Positions 28,558-38,028 of a stretch of DNA of 64,000 nt are shown here, piece after piece (within the stretch, counting starts at the first letter, position 1; each line of letters starts with the position of its first letter). The position numbers were made by a program, and so were the translations under genes. The notes beneath the pieces were generated by a model. That model searched no databases and had not been told where the DNA came from. It was given only the letters and a program-made list of their open reading frames with translations. Source of the DNA: Nannocystales bacterium (lineage in GTDB: Bacteria; Myxococcota_A; Polyangia; Nannocystales; Nannocystaceae); contig JBOEGF010000018.1 in NCBI GenBank assembly GCA_050633305.1, forward strand, positions 736,001 through 800,000, written 5' to 3'.

Positions 28558-31329
28558 GTGGATTCGCTCCCCGATTCACGCTCTCAGACCCCGACGGACG
28601 CGCCGCCGGTGCACACGTTCGTGCCGGGCGAGAAGATCGGGCGCTATGTGCTGCTCGAAGAAGTCGGGCAGGGCGGGATGGGCGTTGTATTCGCGGCGTT
28701 CGACCCGCAGCTCAACCGCAAGATCGCGCTGAAAATTCTCCGCGCACAGCAGGCCGAGCCGGACAACAAGCGCCAGCTGCGTGCGCGGTTGTTCCGTGAG
28801 GCACAGGCCATCGCGAAGCTTTCGCACCCCAACGTCATCACCGTGTTCGATGTCGGGAACGTCGGGGCGTCGGTGTTCGTGGGCATGGAGTTCGTCGAAG
28901 GACTCACCCTGACCGACTTCCTCGCGACACCACGCCCGTTGGAGTCGATCTTGGACGCGTTTGCCCAAGCCGGGCGAGGGCTGAGCGCCGCGCACCAAGC
29001 CGGGCTCGTGCATCGGGACTTCAAGCCCGACAACGTACTGATGGGGTTCGACGGGATCGCCCGCGTCTCCGATTTCGGTCTCGCGCGTAGCGATCCCAGC
29101 CTCGTGGTCGAGGAAGGGGATTCGGACGAGTTCGAGGCTCACTCCCCGCAGGCGGTGGACGACGTCGACCTTCTCTCCTCGCCGATGACGCAGGCGGGGG
29201 CGGTGGTCGGCACGCCGCGGTACATGGCACCTGAGCAACACGCGGGCGCGCCACCGGACCCGAGAAGCGACCAGTTTGCGTTTTGCGTGGCGCTGTACCA
29301 GGCGCTGTATCGACAGGACCCGTACGTCGCTCACTCGATGGAGCGGCTGGTGCACGCCAAGCAAGAAGGGCGGATCGCGGAGCCCCCGAGCGGGGTCCCG
29401 ATTCCCGGGCGCATCGAGCAGCTGATCTGGCGGGGGCTCGCACCGGATCCGCGCCGACGGTACACAACGATGGAGGCTCTGCTGGAGGACCTCCGGGATC
29501 TTCCCGCCGTGGCGGGCCGTCCGGTGCTTCGATGGGTGGTCGGACTGGGGTTGTCTTCGGCCGCGCTTGGCATTGCCGCGCTGCAGTCCGGTGGCACGAC
29601 CCGGGCACCGTGTGACGACGGTCCGAGTCGTTGGCAAGCGACCTGGAACCCCGAGCGACGGGAGGCGGTTCGGTCTGCGTTCGCGGGGGTCGACCCCGAG
29701 GCGAGTACGCTGTCGTGGCTGTCCGTGGAGCGAGGCCTGGACGCCTACGGAGACGCTTTCAAGCAGCAGTACGCGGAAGCCTGTGCGTCCGTCAAAGGTG
29801 CTCGCCCGGCCGACGACATGTTCTTCCGGCTGCGTCAGTCTTGCCTCATGGAACGTCGGGACTTTGCGGCGTCGCTTGTAGATCTTCTCGAGGACCCCGA
29901 TGCCGCGCTGGTCCACGCCGCGCCACAGGCTGTCGCCGAGCTTCCCGGGATGGCGCGGTGCTCAGAGGTGGCGGGTCTGATCGCACGCGGGATGCCGACG
30001 CGGGTCGAGGAGGAACTCGCTGCCACGGAGTTTCGCGGTGCGCTGATGCAGACCCGAGTTCTGGGATTGGCTGGACAGTTCTCCGCTGCGCAAGCGCGTG
30101 CGACGGAAGCCCTCGAGCGGGCGGAAGCGCTCGGGTTCGGCGAGTTTGTCGCGGAGGGCCACCTCGTGCTCGGCCGAGCGCTGGCCCAGGGGGGTCGATA
30201 CGCGGATGCGGAGCAGCATCTTCGGGAGGCCGTGCTGGGAGGCACGCGGTTTGCCCATGATGAGGCGGCAGCCGAGGCTGCGATCGCGCTCGTGGAGGTC
30301 GTCGGTGTTCGGTTGGATCGCCACGCCGAAGCGGACCTGTGGGAGGCCCAAGCCGGGGCGCGGCTCGACCGGATCGCGGAGCGGGGGATCCTTCGTGCTC
30401 GGCTCGAGAACAGAGCGGGGCGCCTCGACGCGCGGCGTGGTGACAACGCTGCCGCGAGGGCGCACTACACCGTGGCGCTGTCGTTGCGGAGTCAGGTCCA
30501 AGGGATGGACGACCCCGGGCGCGCTGCGTGGCTCATCGACCTGGGCAACGTTGCGTTGGCCGAGGGAGCGTTCGACGAAGCGGTCGAGACCTTCGACCGA
30601 GCACTCGCGCTCGCCGAGGCCACGTTGACCGCGTCCCACCCGGCGCGTGCGGCATCGCTGGCTGCCCTCGGCCGTGTTCACCTGCGACGTGAGGAGTACG
30701 GTCCTGCCCGCGAGGCTCTGCTCGAAGCGAAGTCAGGGCTTCAGGGGTCGTTGGGCGCGGAGCACCCTCGCACTGCCATGGTGTTGCTGGGGTTGGCCAA
30801 CGCGGATGAGGGGCTTGGAAATGCTACCGCCGCCGAGGCCGGGTACGCCCGCGCGGCTGACTTGCTCGGCAGCACCCTCGGTCGCGGGCATGTGGCCTAC
30901 CGCCGCGCGCTGTTGGGACGGTCCCGAAGCGCGCGCCGCAGCGATCAACTCGAGGATGCTGTCGGATGGCTGACCCGGGCTTGTGGAGGTCCGGCGGTGC
31001 CTGCTTCGGTTCGCGGTGCGTGCCTGATGGAGCGAGCCGAGTTCGATTTTGCGGCGGAGCGATTCGTCGACGCGGCGGCCGGGTTCACAAACGCGGCGGC
31101 ACGCTTCGAAACGGGGGCGCTTGCCGATCCGCGACGCCGGGCAGAGGCGTTGTTGGGCGTCGCACGGAGCCAACGCTCGTTGGGCCAGGACGACGAAGCC
31201 GCCCGCACGCTGGGGAGCGCTCGAACGGCGGCAGGGCAGGTGAAGGGCTATGTGCCCAACGTCCGCGCCGACATCGACCGGTTCTCGACTCGGCTGAACG
31301 CGGTGGTCGCCGCCACGCTCGAGGAGTAG
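28558..31329 (+). CDS. Hanks-type Ser/Thr protein kinase with TM and TPR repeats
   Basis: VGQGGMGVV, IALK, HRDFKPDN, DFGLA, GTPRYMAPE; TM then TPR repeats (LGAEHPRTA). Confidence 0.95.
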   Translation: MDSLPDSRSQTPTDAPPVHTFVPGEKIGRYVLLEEVGQGGMGVVFAAFDPQLNRKIALKILRAQQAEPDNKRQLRARLFREAQAIAKLSHPNVITVFDVGNVGASVFVGMEFVEGLTLTDFLATPRPLESILDAFAQAGRGLSAAHQAGLVHRDFKPDNVLMGFDGIARVSDFGLARSDPSLVVEEGDSDEFEAHSPQAVDDVDLLSSPMTQAGAVVGTPRYMAPEQHAGAPPDPRSDQFAFCVALYQALYRQDPYVAHSMERLVHAKQEGRIAEPPSGVPIPGRIEQLIWRGLAPDPRRRYTTMEALLEDLRDLPAVAGRPVLRWVVGLGLSSAALGIAALQSGGTTRAPCDDGPSRWQATWNPERREAVRSAFAGVDPEASTLSWLSVERGLDAYGDAFKQQYAEACASVKGARPADDMFFRLRQSCLMERRDFAASLVDLLEDPDAALVHAAPQAVAELPGMARCSEVAGLIARGMPTRVEEELAATEFRGALMQTRVLGLAGQFSAAQARATEALERAEALGFGEFVAEGHLVLGRALAQGGRYADAEQHLREAVLGGTRFAHDEAAAEAAIALVEVVGVRLDRHAEADLWEAQAGARLDRIAERGILRARLENRAGRLDARRGDNAAARAHYTVALSLRSQVQGMDDPGRAAWLIDLGNVALAEGAFDEAVETFDRALALAEATLTASHPARAASLAALGRVHLRREEYGPAREALLEAKSGLQGSLGAEHPRTAMVLLGLANADEGLGNATAAEAGYARAADLLGSTLGRGHVAYRRALLGRSRSARRSDQLEDAVGWLTRACGGPAVPASVRGACLMERAEFDFAAERFVDAAAGFTNAAARFETGALADPRRRAEALLGVARSQRSLGQDDEAARTLGSARTAAGQVKGYVPNVRADIDRFSTRLNAVVAATLEE

Positions 31330-31349
31330 CGGCGGCGCTCCGGGTCGGC

Positions 31350-32348
31350 CTAGAAGCGGCCGGAGAGTGAGAACCCGCTGTAGTTGCGACCGAAGCTGGG
31401 CGAGGCGGTGAGCGTCTCGGCCGGGCGAAGGGCAGTCGGGCTGTTGGCCGCCCGGCGTTTCTTGACGCCGATCACGATGAGGGCGGCGGCGCCACCGAGA
31501 AGGAGCGGAGTGAGCACGGCGCCGGCGATGAGGATTCCGTTGGCACGTGCCCCCGCATCGTTGGCTTCCTGCTGGTCGGCCAGGGCATCGCTGGTGGATT
31601 CCCCTGCGTCGATGGCTTCCTGTTCCGCGGTCTGGGCAGCCTTGAGGTCTCGCTCGGCGTTTTGTCCAAACACGCTGCCAAGCGGGATCATGATCCCGGT
31701 GCCCACGGCAACGACACCGAGCCCCACACCCCCGATGATCAGGCCAAGCCCGTCCGTCGAGGCTCCTTGCTGGATGATGACAGTCTCGGGCTGCTTGTCC
31801 TCGTCGGTCTTGTCCTCGGGCTCGGTCCCGTCTCCCTCACCCGCCGGCGTGGCCGTGTCGCGCTCAGCTTCCTCGATCATCTGATCGAGCTTGGTCGCGG
31901 TCGTCTGGATCTCCGCGATCACAGCGACGCTGTCGCCGTGCACAGCCTGAAAGTTCTTGTAGTAGTCCTGGAGCGTCGACTTGCCCTCGCGAAGCTGGGA
32001 GATGTCGCGGTTCCCATTCTCATCGACGATCCCCTCGTACGCCTGCATGTGCGCGTCGAGGATGTTGAGGATGAGGCTCTCCCGAATGGCTTTGTTGTCC
32101 GCGGACTCATCGATGAGGTTCAGAAGTCGCGAGAAGACGTCAGCCGCCCGCTTGTACTCCTTCTGCTCCATGTGCTCCTGGCCTTCACCGTACATGCGAC
32201 CGATCTCCTCTTGGCTGGGCGCGGCAAGGGCGACCGAGGGAACCGAAGTGCCAATGAGGGCAGAGGCCACGACCAGCGCGCCCAGGCGCTGCTGAAGGCG
32301 CCGGACCAGGAGGCGGTCAGCGACACGGGAGTGGGCGGGGGTTGCCAT
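31350..32348 (-). CDS. Exported TPR-like protein with C-terminal hydrophobic hairpin
   Basis: Signal/TM, helical TPR-like domain, two hydrophobic segments, C-terminal GFSLSGRF. Confidence 0.7.
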   Translation of the reverse strand: MATPAHSRVADRLLVRRLQQRLGALVVASALIGTSVPSVALAAPSQEEIGRMYGEGQEHMEQKEYKRAADVFSRLLNLIDESADNKAIRESLILNILDAHMQAYEGIVDENGNRDISQLREGKSTLQDYYKNFQAVHGDSVAVIAEIQTTATKLDQMIEEAERDTATPAGEGDGTEPEDKTDEDKQPETVIIQQGASTDGLGLIIGGVGLGVVAVGTGIMIPLGSVFGQNAERDLKAAQTAEQEAIDAGESTSDALADQQEANDAGARANGILIAGAVLTPLLLGGAAALIVIGVKKRRAANSPTALRPAETLTASPSFGRNYSGFSLSGRF

Positions 32349-32411
32349 GGCGTGGAGTCTCACCAAAGTGACGCAGCACGTCAAACAAACACCCGGTCCA
32401 CCGGCGTGTGA

Positions 32412-34760
32412 TCAACTGGACAGTCGGGCAGCGGCCGCGGGATCGACCAAACAGAGCTGCTCGAACGCCTCATTCGCCCCTTCATGCTTCGCCCCGGCCT
32501 TGTTTGCCGCGCGGATACTCCGCACCAGGCCCTCTAGGCATCGGGACGCGAGGTCCGGCTCCCAGGACAGGAAGCCCCTGGCTGCCATCTCTCGCTCGAG
32601 CCCGGCAAACATGCCGCGCGCCAGCTTCGGTTGGGCGGCACCGAGGCAGATCTCCGCCAGCATGAGCTGGCGAACGAAACGGGAGCGGGGGGTGGAGGCT
32701 TCGTCGATGCGGACCCGGGCGAGCTTGATCGCATCACCGGGTTTGGCCGCCATCTGGCCTCGGACATCGCTCATCGCCGCTTTGTCCTCGCCCTCGCCCC
32801 CTCCGCCTCCATCCCCGCCCTCGGACGGGGAGAGCGTGGCCAGCCAAGCCTTGGTCTGGTCGTCCGCCAGAGGGGAACCGTCCCCCGCAGTGTAGTCCAC
32901 CAGCTCTGGCATCCGCCGCAGCAGCGTCGAGACCTCCCCTGCGAGGGCAGCCCGAGCGGGCGCGTAGGCGTCCCCGAGCTGCTCGAGGGCCTGGTCGCTC
33001 ATCCGGTTGAGGTCGAGCAGGAACCGAAACTGGCCGATCGCCGACTCGGTCTCTTCGAGGAGCGCCTTCCACTTGGAGTTGGCCGCGAGCGTTTCGAACT
33101 GCTTGCGCCGGTTCGCGGGCAGCGGGGGGATCTGGGTCTTCCCGCCCGCGTCGGCCGGCGGCGCCTTGTGGAGGTGCAGCCACAGGCCGGCGCGGACCAG
33201 GCGATACGCGGTGGGCGAGGAGTCGTCGGCCCGACGGAGCAGGCCACCGGCTTTGGCCAGCCCCCGCCCGGTCTCGAGCAGGAACTTGCTGACCTCCTCG
33301 GCACTCCCGACGTCCGTGGTGGTCGCGGGCATTGCCGCGGTCACCCGGGCGGCAGGTGGGGCTGCCTGGGGCGCCGCTGGGGTCGGGGCGGCTGGTTTGG
33401 GTTCTGGCTTTGGCTGCGGTTTGGGTTCTGCCTTCGGCTGCGGCTTGGGGACCGCCATCAGCATCCGCGTCATCCGGTCGGTCATCGGGGACGTCGGCGG
33501 TGAGTGGTCCTCCAGTCGGCTGCGCATCGTGCTGGACAGCGCCTTGACCACCTTCTCCAAGAGCACGACCGTGTCTCGATCGCTAGGCTGCAGCTTCTCG
33601 AGGCCAAGCGCCGGCTCGAGTTGGTCGACGAGCCAGCCGACTGCGTTGCCTCGACCCCGGGGTCGGGTCGGGAACACGCCTTCGTGGTGCTGCTCCAGCA
33701 GTTGCTCGAGGACGGTCAGCCCCAGCGGCAGCTCCTTGAGTCCGCGCTCCTTGTAGCGAGCGAAGGCGAAGTACGAAGCCATCAGCAGGTCCTTCGCCTT
33801 GGTCTTGAGGATGTCGCCCGCGAGCTGCTCGACTTTCTTCCAGTCAGGGTCGCCACCCGTCGGGGCCTCGAGCTGAGCGATCTCGGCTCGTGCTTCCGAG
33901 TACGACTCGTCGTACCGAGCATCCTCGCCACACGGCGTCGTCTCGGAGATTGGCCTGACCCACGCCTCGGCCTCCGCGCGGATGGTCTCGAGCGGGTCGG
34001 TGGGGGCTGGTGCAGGGGCGGCCGATTCCGAAGGGGCGGATACCGGTGCTGGTGGCTCGGCTGCTGCTGGGACGGCGGCGGGTGCTGGCTGCTCAGGCGT
34101 GGGGGCCTCGGGGGCCTGGGGGGTCTCGGGGGCAGCGGGGGACGCAGATGCAACGGGGGGAGGCGGCTCGGGGGCAGCACTGGGCTCCGGTGGAGCCTCG
34201 GGCAACTTGAGCTTGATCCGGGTGAGCGCCGTTTCGACACCTCCCATCGCGGGTGCATGGTCCTCGAGCTTGTCCCGGCTCTTCGAACCCAACGCCTTCC
34301 ACAGGGAGTCGACGAGGTCGATGGCGCGTCGGTCCGCCGGTTGCAGCGGCATGCTCGGCAGGGCCGCCTCCAGTCGGTCCGTCAGCCACCCCAGCGCGTT
34401 GCCGCGACCCCGGAGGCGGCGTGCGGGCGGAAACATCGTGTCCCAGTAGGTCTCGAACAGACCGTCGATCGTGGCCAGTCCCACCGCGAGGCCCGTAGGG
34501 CCCTCGGTTTTCATCATGGCGTACCCGAAGTAGCTGGCGATGAGGAGGTCCTTGCTGGCGGTCTTCAGCAGGGCCTGCGTCGTCTTGGCGACCTCTTCCC
34601 ATTCAACCTCGCCGCCGGTGGGCGAATCGAGCGAGGCCATCTGCGCACGGACTTCTTCGTAGCGGGCGTCCTGCGATGCATTCTGCCCAGCGGGCTCGGC
34701 GTCGGAGATGGGGGCGAGGAGTTCGTTGGCGCGGGACTGGACGTCTTCAGCGAGGGCCAT
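32412..34760 (-). CDS. tssA: T6SS TssA (2x ImpA_N + VasJ-type domain)
   Basis: LLAPIS..W..V..LL...SKDL..YWDTMFP..RGRGNALGWL occurs twice; C-terminal AYRLVRAGLW..LLRRMPEL..DGSPLADDQTKAWL. Confidence 0.9.
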   Translation of the reverse strand: MALAEDVQSRANELLAPISDAEPAGQNASQDARYEEVRAQMASLDSPTGGEVEWEEVAKTTQALLKTASKDLLIASYFGYAMMKTEGPTGLAVGLATIDGLFETYWDTMFPPARRLRGRGNALGWLTDRLEAALPSMPLQPADRRAIDLVDSLWKALGSKSRDKLEDHAPAMGGVETALTRIKLKLPEAPPEPSAAPEPPPPVASASPAAPETPQAPEAPTPEQPAPAAVPAAAEPPAPVSAPSESAAPAPAPTDPLETIRAEAEAWVRPISETTPCGEDARYDESYSEARAEIAQLEAPTGGDPDWKKVEQLAGDILKTKAKDLLMASYFAFARYKERGLKELPLGLTVLEQLLEQHHEGVFPTRPRGRGNAVGWLVDQLEPALGLEKLQPSDRDTVVLLEKVVKALSSTMRSRLEDHSPPTSPMTDRMTRMLMAVPKPQPKAEPKPQPKPEPKPAAPTPAAPQAAPPAARVTAAMPATTTDVGSAEEVSKFLLETGRGLAKAGGLLRRADDSSPTAYRLVRAGLWLHLHKAPPADAGGKTQIPPLPANRRKQFETLAANSKWKALLEETESAIGQFRFLLDLNRMSDQALEQLGDAYAPARAALAGEVSTLLRRMPELVDYTAGDGSPLADDQTKAWLATLSPSEGGDGGGGGEGEDKAAMSDVRGQMAAKPGDAIKLARVRIDEASTPRSRFVRQLMLAEICLGAAQPKLARGMFAGLEREMAARGFLSWEPDLASRCLEGLVRSIRAANKAGAKHEGANEAFEQLCLVDPAAAARLSS

Positions 34761-34908
34761 GGCAGGAACGGTCGGTCAACAAGAGCAGGGAATCGAAAAC
34801 GAAGACGCCGCAGCCCCGAATCCATCTGAGGTTCGAGACTACGGCGACGTGGGCTGGGCTGCCTATGTGTGGGGCAGGCGGGAGGTGCCGCCCAGGCGTG
34901 GCCTCGGA

Positions 34909-36393
34909 TCAGGTCTTGTCGAGCTTGCCGACCAGCGACAGCGTGAAGGATGCACCCATGTACTTGAAGTGCGGGCGCACCTTCATGTCGACCTTGTACC
35001 AACCGGCTTGGCCGGGCACGTCCTCGACGGTGATCTGCGCGGCGCGAAGCGGCTTGCGGGAACGGACGGCCGGGGCCGGGTTCTCCATGTCGGCGACGTA
35101 TTGACGGATCCAGTTGTTGAGCTCGCGCTCCAGGTCACCGCGCTCCTTCCAGGTTCCGATCTGCTCGCGCTGCATCACCTTGAGGTAGTGCGAGAGCCGC
35201 GTCGTGACGAACATGTACGGCAGCTGGGTGCCCAACCGGTAGTTGAGTTCGTTGGCCTTGCCCTCTTCGGTGTCCGCGAAGATCTTGGCTTTTTGGCACG
35301 AGTTCGCCGAGAAGAACGCAGCGTTGTTGGAGTCCTTGCGGAACGTGAGGCCGATGAAGCCCTCCTCGGACAGCTCGTACTCGCGACGCTCGGTCAGCTG
35401 AATCTCGGTGGGGATCTTGGTCTGAATCTCCCCCATCGCTTTGTACTGGTGGAGCGGAAGATCCTCGACCGCGCCGCCCGCTTGCGGGCCGATGATGTTC
35501 GGGCACCAGCGGTACTTGGCGAACGAGTCGGCGACGCGGGTGGCCATGGTCACCGAAGCGGGCCCCCACAGGTAGTTGTCGTGCTTGCCCGTGGAGTCCT
35601 CGGAGAAGTTGAACGACTTCACGGGAATGGTGTCCTGCCCGTAGGGCAGGCGCAGCAGGAAGCGCGGCATGCACAGGCCCACATAGCGTGCGTCTTCGGA
35701 CTCGCGGAACGAGTGCCACCGGGCGTACTGCGGACCCTCGAACAGGGACTTGAGGTCCTTGAGCTTGGGAAGCGGCTCGAACGACTCTTCCCCGAAGAAC
35801 TCGGGGCCCGAGTTGGCGAGGAACGGGGCGTGCGACATCGCGGCCACGGACGCGCAGCTCGTGAGGAGCTGCATGTCTTGGGGGCCGGGGCCAACGTCGA
35901 AGTTGGCGACCATGAGCCCGAACGGCTTGCCACCAAAGGTGCCGTACTCGGCGGAGTAGACGGTGCGGTACAGGCCCGACTTGGGGATCTCCGGGGAGTC
36001 CTCGAAGTCGTCCATGAGGTCCTGCTTCGAGCAGTTCAGAACCTCGAGGCGGACGTTCTCGCGGAAGTTGAACGAGTCCACCATATACTTGAGGCCGCGC
36101 CACGCGGACTCGAGCTGCTGGAACTTTTCGTGGTGCAAGACCTCGTTGATCTGGCTCGTGAGTCGCTCGTCGATCTCGGCGATCATCGAGTCGACGGCCG
36201 CTTTGTCGATGCGGCTGAACTTGCCGGAGTTCGCGATCGCCTCAGCGATGAACGCGGTGACCCCCTGCTTCGCGATGTCGTAGGTCTCTTGACCTGGGGT
36301 GACCTTGGCTTCGCTCAGCAGCTCGCTGAGGAGTGAGCCACCGGCTTCGGTCGTTGCCGCCGCGCCGCCTTCTTGTGCTTGCTCTTCGGACAT
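34909..36393 (-). CDS. tssC: T6SS sheath large subunit TssC
   Basis: FQQLESAWRGL, EYGTFGG, RFLLRLPYG, GGAVEDLP, RLSHYLKV, VRPHFKY. Confidence 0.98.
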   Translation of the reverse strand: MSEEQAQEGGAAATTEAGGSLLSELLSEAKVTPGQETYDIAKQGVTAFIAEAIANSGKFSRIDKAAVDSMIAEIDERLTSQINEVLHHEKFQQLESAWRGLKYMVDSFNFRENVRLEVLNCSKQDLMDDFEDSPEIPKSGLYRTVYSAEYGTFGGKPFGLMVANFDVGPGPQDMQLLTSCASVAAMSHAPFLANSGPEFFGEESFEPLPKLKDLKSLFEGPQYARWHSFRESEDARYVGLCMPRFLLRLPYGQDTIPVKSFNFSEDSTGKHDNYLWGPASVTMATRVADSFAKYRWCPNIIGPQAGGAVEDLPLHQYKAMGEIQTKIPTEIQLTERREYELSEEGFIGLTFRKDSNNAAFFSANSCQKAKIFADTEEGKANELNYRLGTQLPYMFVTTRLSHYLKVMQREQIGTWKERGDLERELNNWIRQYVADMENPAPAVRSRKPLRAAQITVEDVPGQAGWYKVDMKVRPHFKYMGASFTLSLVGKLDKT

Positions 36394-36439
36394 CTTGTTT
36401 TCCAATCTGTTCGGTTCAGAAGTGACCCAAAGGGCGGGG

Positions 36440-36937
36440 TCAGCCCTCGCCGCCGTCTTTGTTGAGGCCGAGCTCGGCCATCAAAGCATCGCGCTGCTCG
36501 GGGCTTTCGAGCATCGCGGCGAGCTTCTTGCGGAACGTCGGCACGTTGCCCATCGGGGACTTGAGCGCGGTGAGGGAGTTGCGCAGATCCATGAGCTTTT
36601 GAAGCTCGGGCACCTGCTGGAGAACGCCTTCGGGGGTGAAGTCCTTGAGCGTCTTGAACTGGAGGCTGGCGGACATCTCCGAGCCTTCTTCGCCGGAGAG
36701 CTTGTCGGCAACGTTGATGTCGATGCCGAGGCCGTGCTTCTCCATGACCTCGTTGAAGTTGTCCTTGTCGATGTTGATCGGCTTGCGATCCTCAAGCTGC
36801 CGATCATCGGCACGGCCCGTGTAATCCCCAATGGCGAGGATTTTCAGGGGAAGTTCGACTTCCTCCGCTCCGTCGACTGCGGGTTTGTAGACGATGTTGA
36901 CACGCTCTTTGGGCGCAACCGATCCTTCTTTCGCCAT
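36440..36937 (-). CDS. tssB: T6SS sheath small subunit TssB
   Basis: SVAPKERVNIVY, ELPLKILAIGDY, IDKDNFNEVM, DFTPEGV..QVPEL. Confidence 0.97.
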   Translation of the reverse strand: MAKEGSVAPKERVNIVYKPAVDGAEEVELPLKILAIGDYTGRADDRQLEDRKPINIDKDNFNEVMEKHGLGIDINVADKLSGEEGSEMSASLQFKTLKDFTPEGVLQQVPELQKLMDLRNSLTALKSPMGNVPTFRKKLAAMLESPEQRDALMAELGLNKDGGEG

Positions 36938-37083
36938 GACTCTTCGCTACCTTGCTTCCTAGGGGTTGAACTCGACGATCCGCACGCTAACACAGCGTGT
37001 GGAGTGAAAAAATGACAACGGGGTTCCACGGTCAGGGGCAGGCCCGGTGGCCTGGCGCCCAGGCTCCGTGGTGAGAGGGGAGG

Positions 37084-38028
37084 TCAGGGTTGAACGAGGG
37101 CCGACAACAACCCGGCCGCTGTAGGTGCGGGAGGTTCGAGGGCCTGACGTTGGGTGGAGCCGAGCGCATTGCGTCCAGCTTCGATCGCGGCCGCCGATGT
37201 GGTGCGGGTGGGCCACAGCCGGTCCGCCGCGGCGGACGGATCGGCGAGGTAGTGCAGGAGTCCCAACGGAGGGGCGCCGAGGCACAGCAGGAGTCGAGAG
37301 TCCTCGCTGGACACGTCGGTCCAGAAAAACGATGGAGGGGCGGCGTTCCAGCCCAACAAGCTCTCGGCCAGACACAGCCAAAAGGCGATCTGAACATCGT
37401 CCCCGGCATGGCACTCGACGATGATGCCGGCGTTTCCGGGGTCGCGACCGTGGCACTGCGCGCATGCGGTCCGCATCATGTTGAGCCCGTGGTAGTGCAC
37501 GCCCTGGGCGACGGGGCCGAAGAGGTGTTCGAGCAGGAGCGTGCCCGGTGTGGCGCCGAGGGCTTCGTGGGTCCAAAGCGCCGCGTCTCGGAGTTCCCCG
37601 GCACCCGGGAGGTGGAGTCCCCCGATGCGAGCGGCAAGCGTTGGTAGGTCCATGGACGCCGCGTCTGTGAGCGTTTGTGCGGCGCCGTCGAGAAAAGCAT
37701 CGAACGCCGTCGGCAAGGCGGAGAACCGCGGCATGGCCGTGTGGGTATCAATGTGTGTGTAGATGGAGAGCGGAAACGTCCGCCCGACCGTGTCGCGGCT
37801 GGGCCCGAGGGCCCCGACCAGCGCGGCTCCGGCCGGGTCGCGATACACGAACCGGATCGGAGCGGTTGGAAACGGTCGCTTTTTGGAGGCGAGGTAGTCG
37901 TTCTCTTGCTGCAGCCAGCCCTGGAACGCCTGGGTGACCGCGGAACCGCTCCCGACAGAGACGAAGTCTCCGGCCGCCGGGACCTTGCCGAAGCTACCGA
38001 TCGGGGATGAACCGGACAACCCGGTCAT
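37084..38028 (-). CDS. tagF: T6SS-associated TagF
   Basis: FGKVPAAGDFV, GALGPSRDTVGRTFPL, SFFWT; ATGA overlap with tssM. Confidence 0.88.
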   Translation of the reverse strand: MTGLSGSSPIGSFGKVPAAGDFVSVGSGSAVTQAFQGWLQQENDYLASKKRPFPTAPIRFVYRDPAGAALVGALGPSRDTVGRTFPLSIYTHIDTHTAMPRFSALPTAFDAFLDGAAQTLTDAASMDLPTLAARIGGLHLPGAGELRDAALWTHEALGATPGTLLLEHLFGPVAQGVHYHGLNMMRTACAQCHGRDPGNAGIIVECHAGDDVQIAFWLCLAESLLGWNAAPPSFFWTDVSSEDSRLLLCLGAPPLGLLHYLADPSAAADRLWPTRTTSAAAIEAGRNALGSTQRQALEPPAPTAAGLLSALVQP

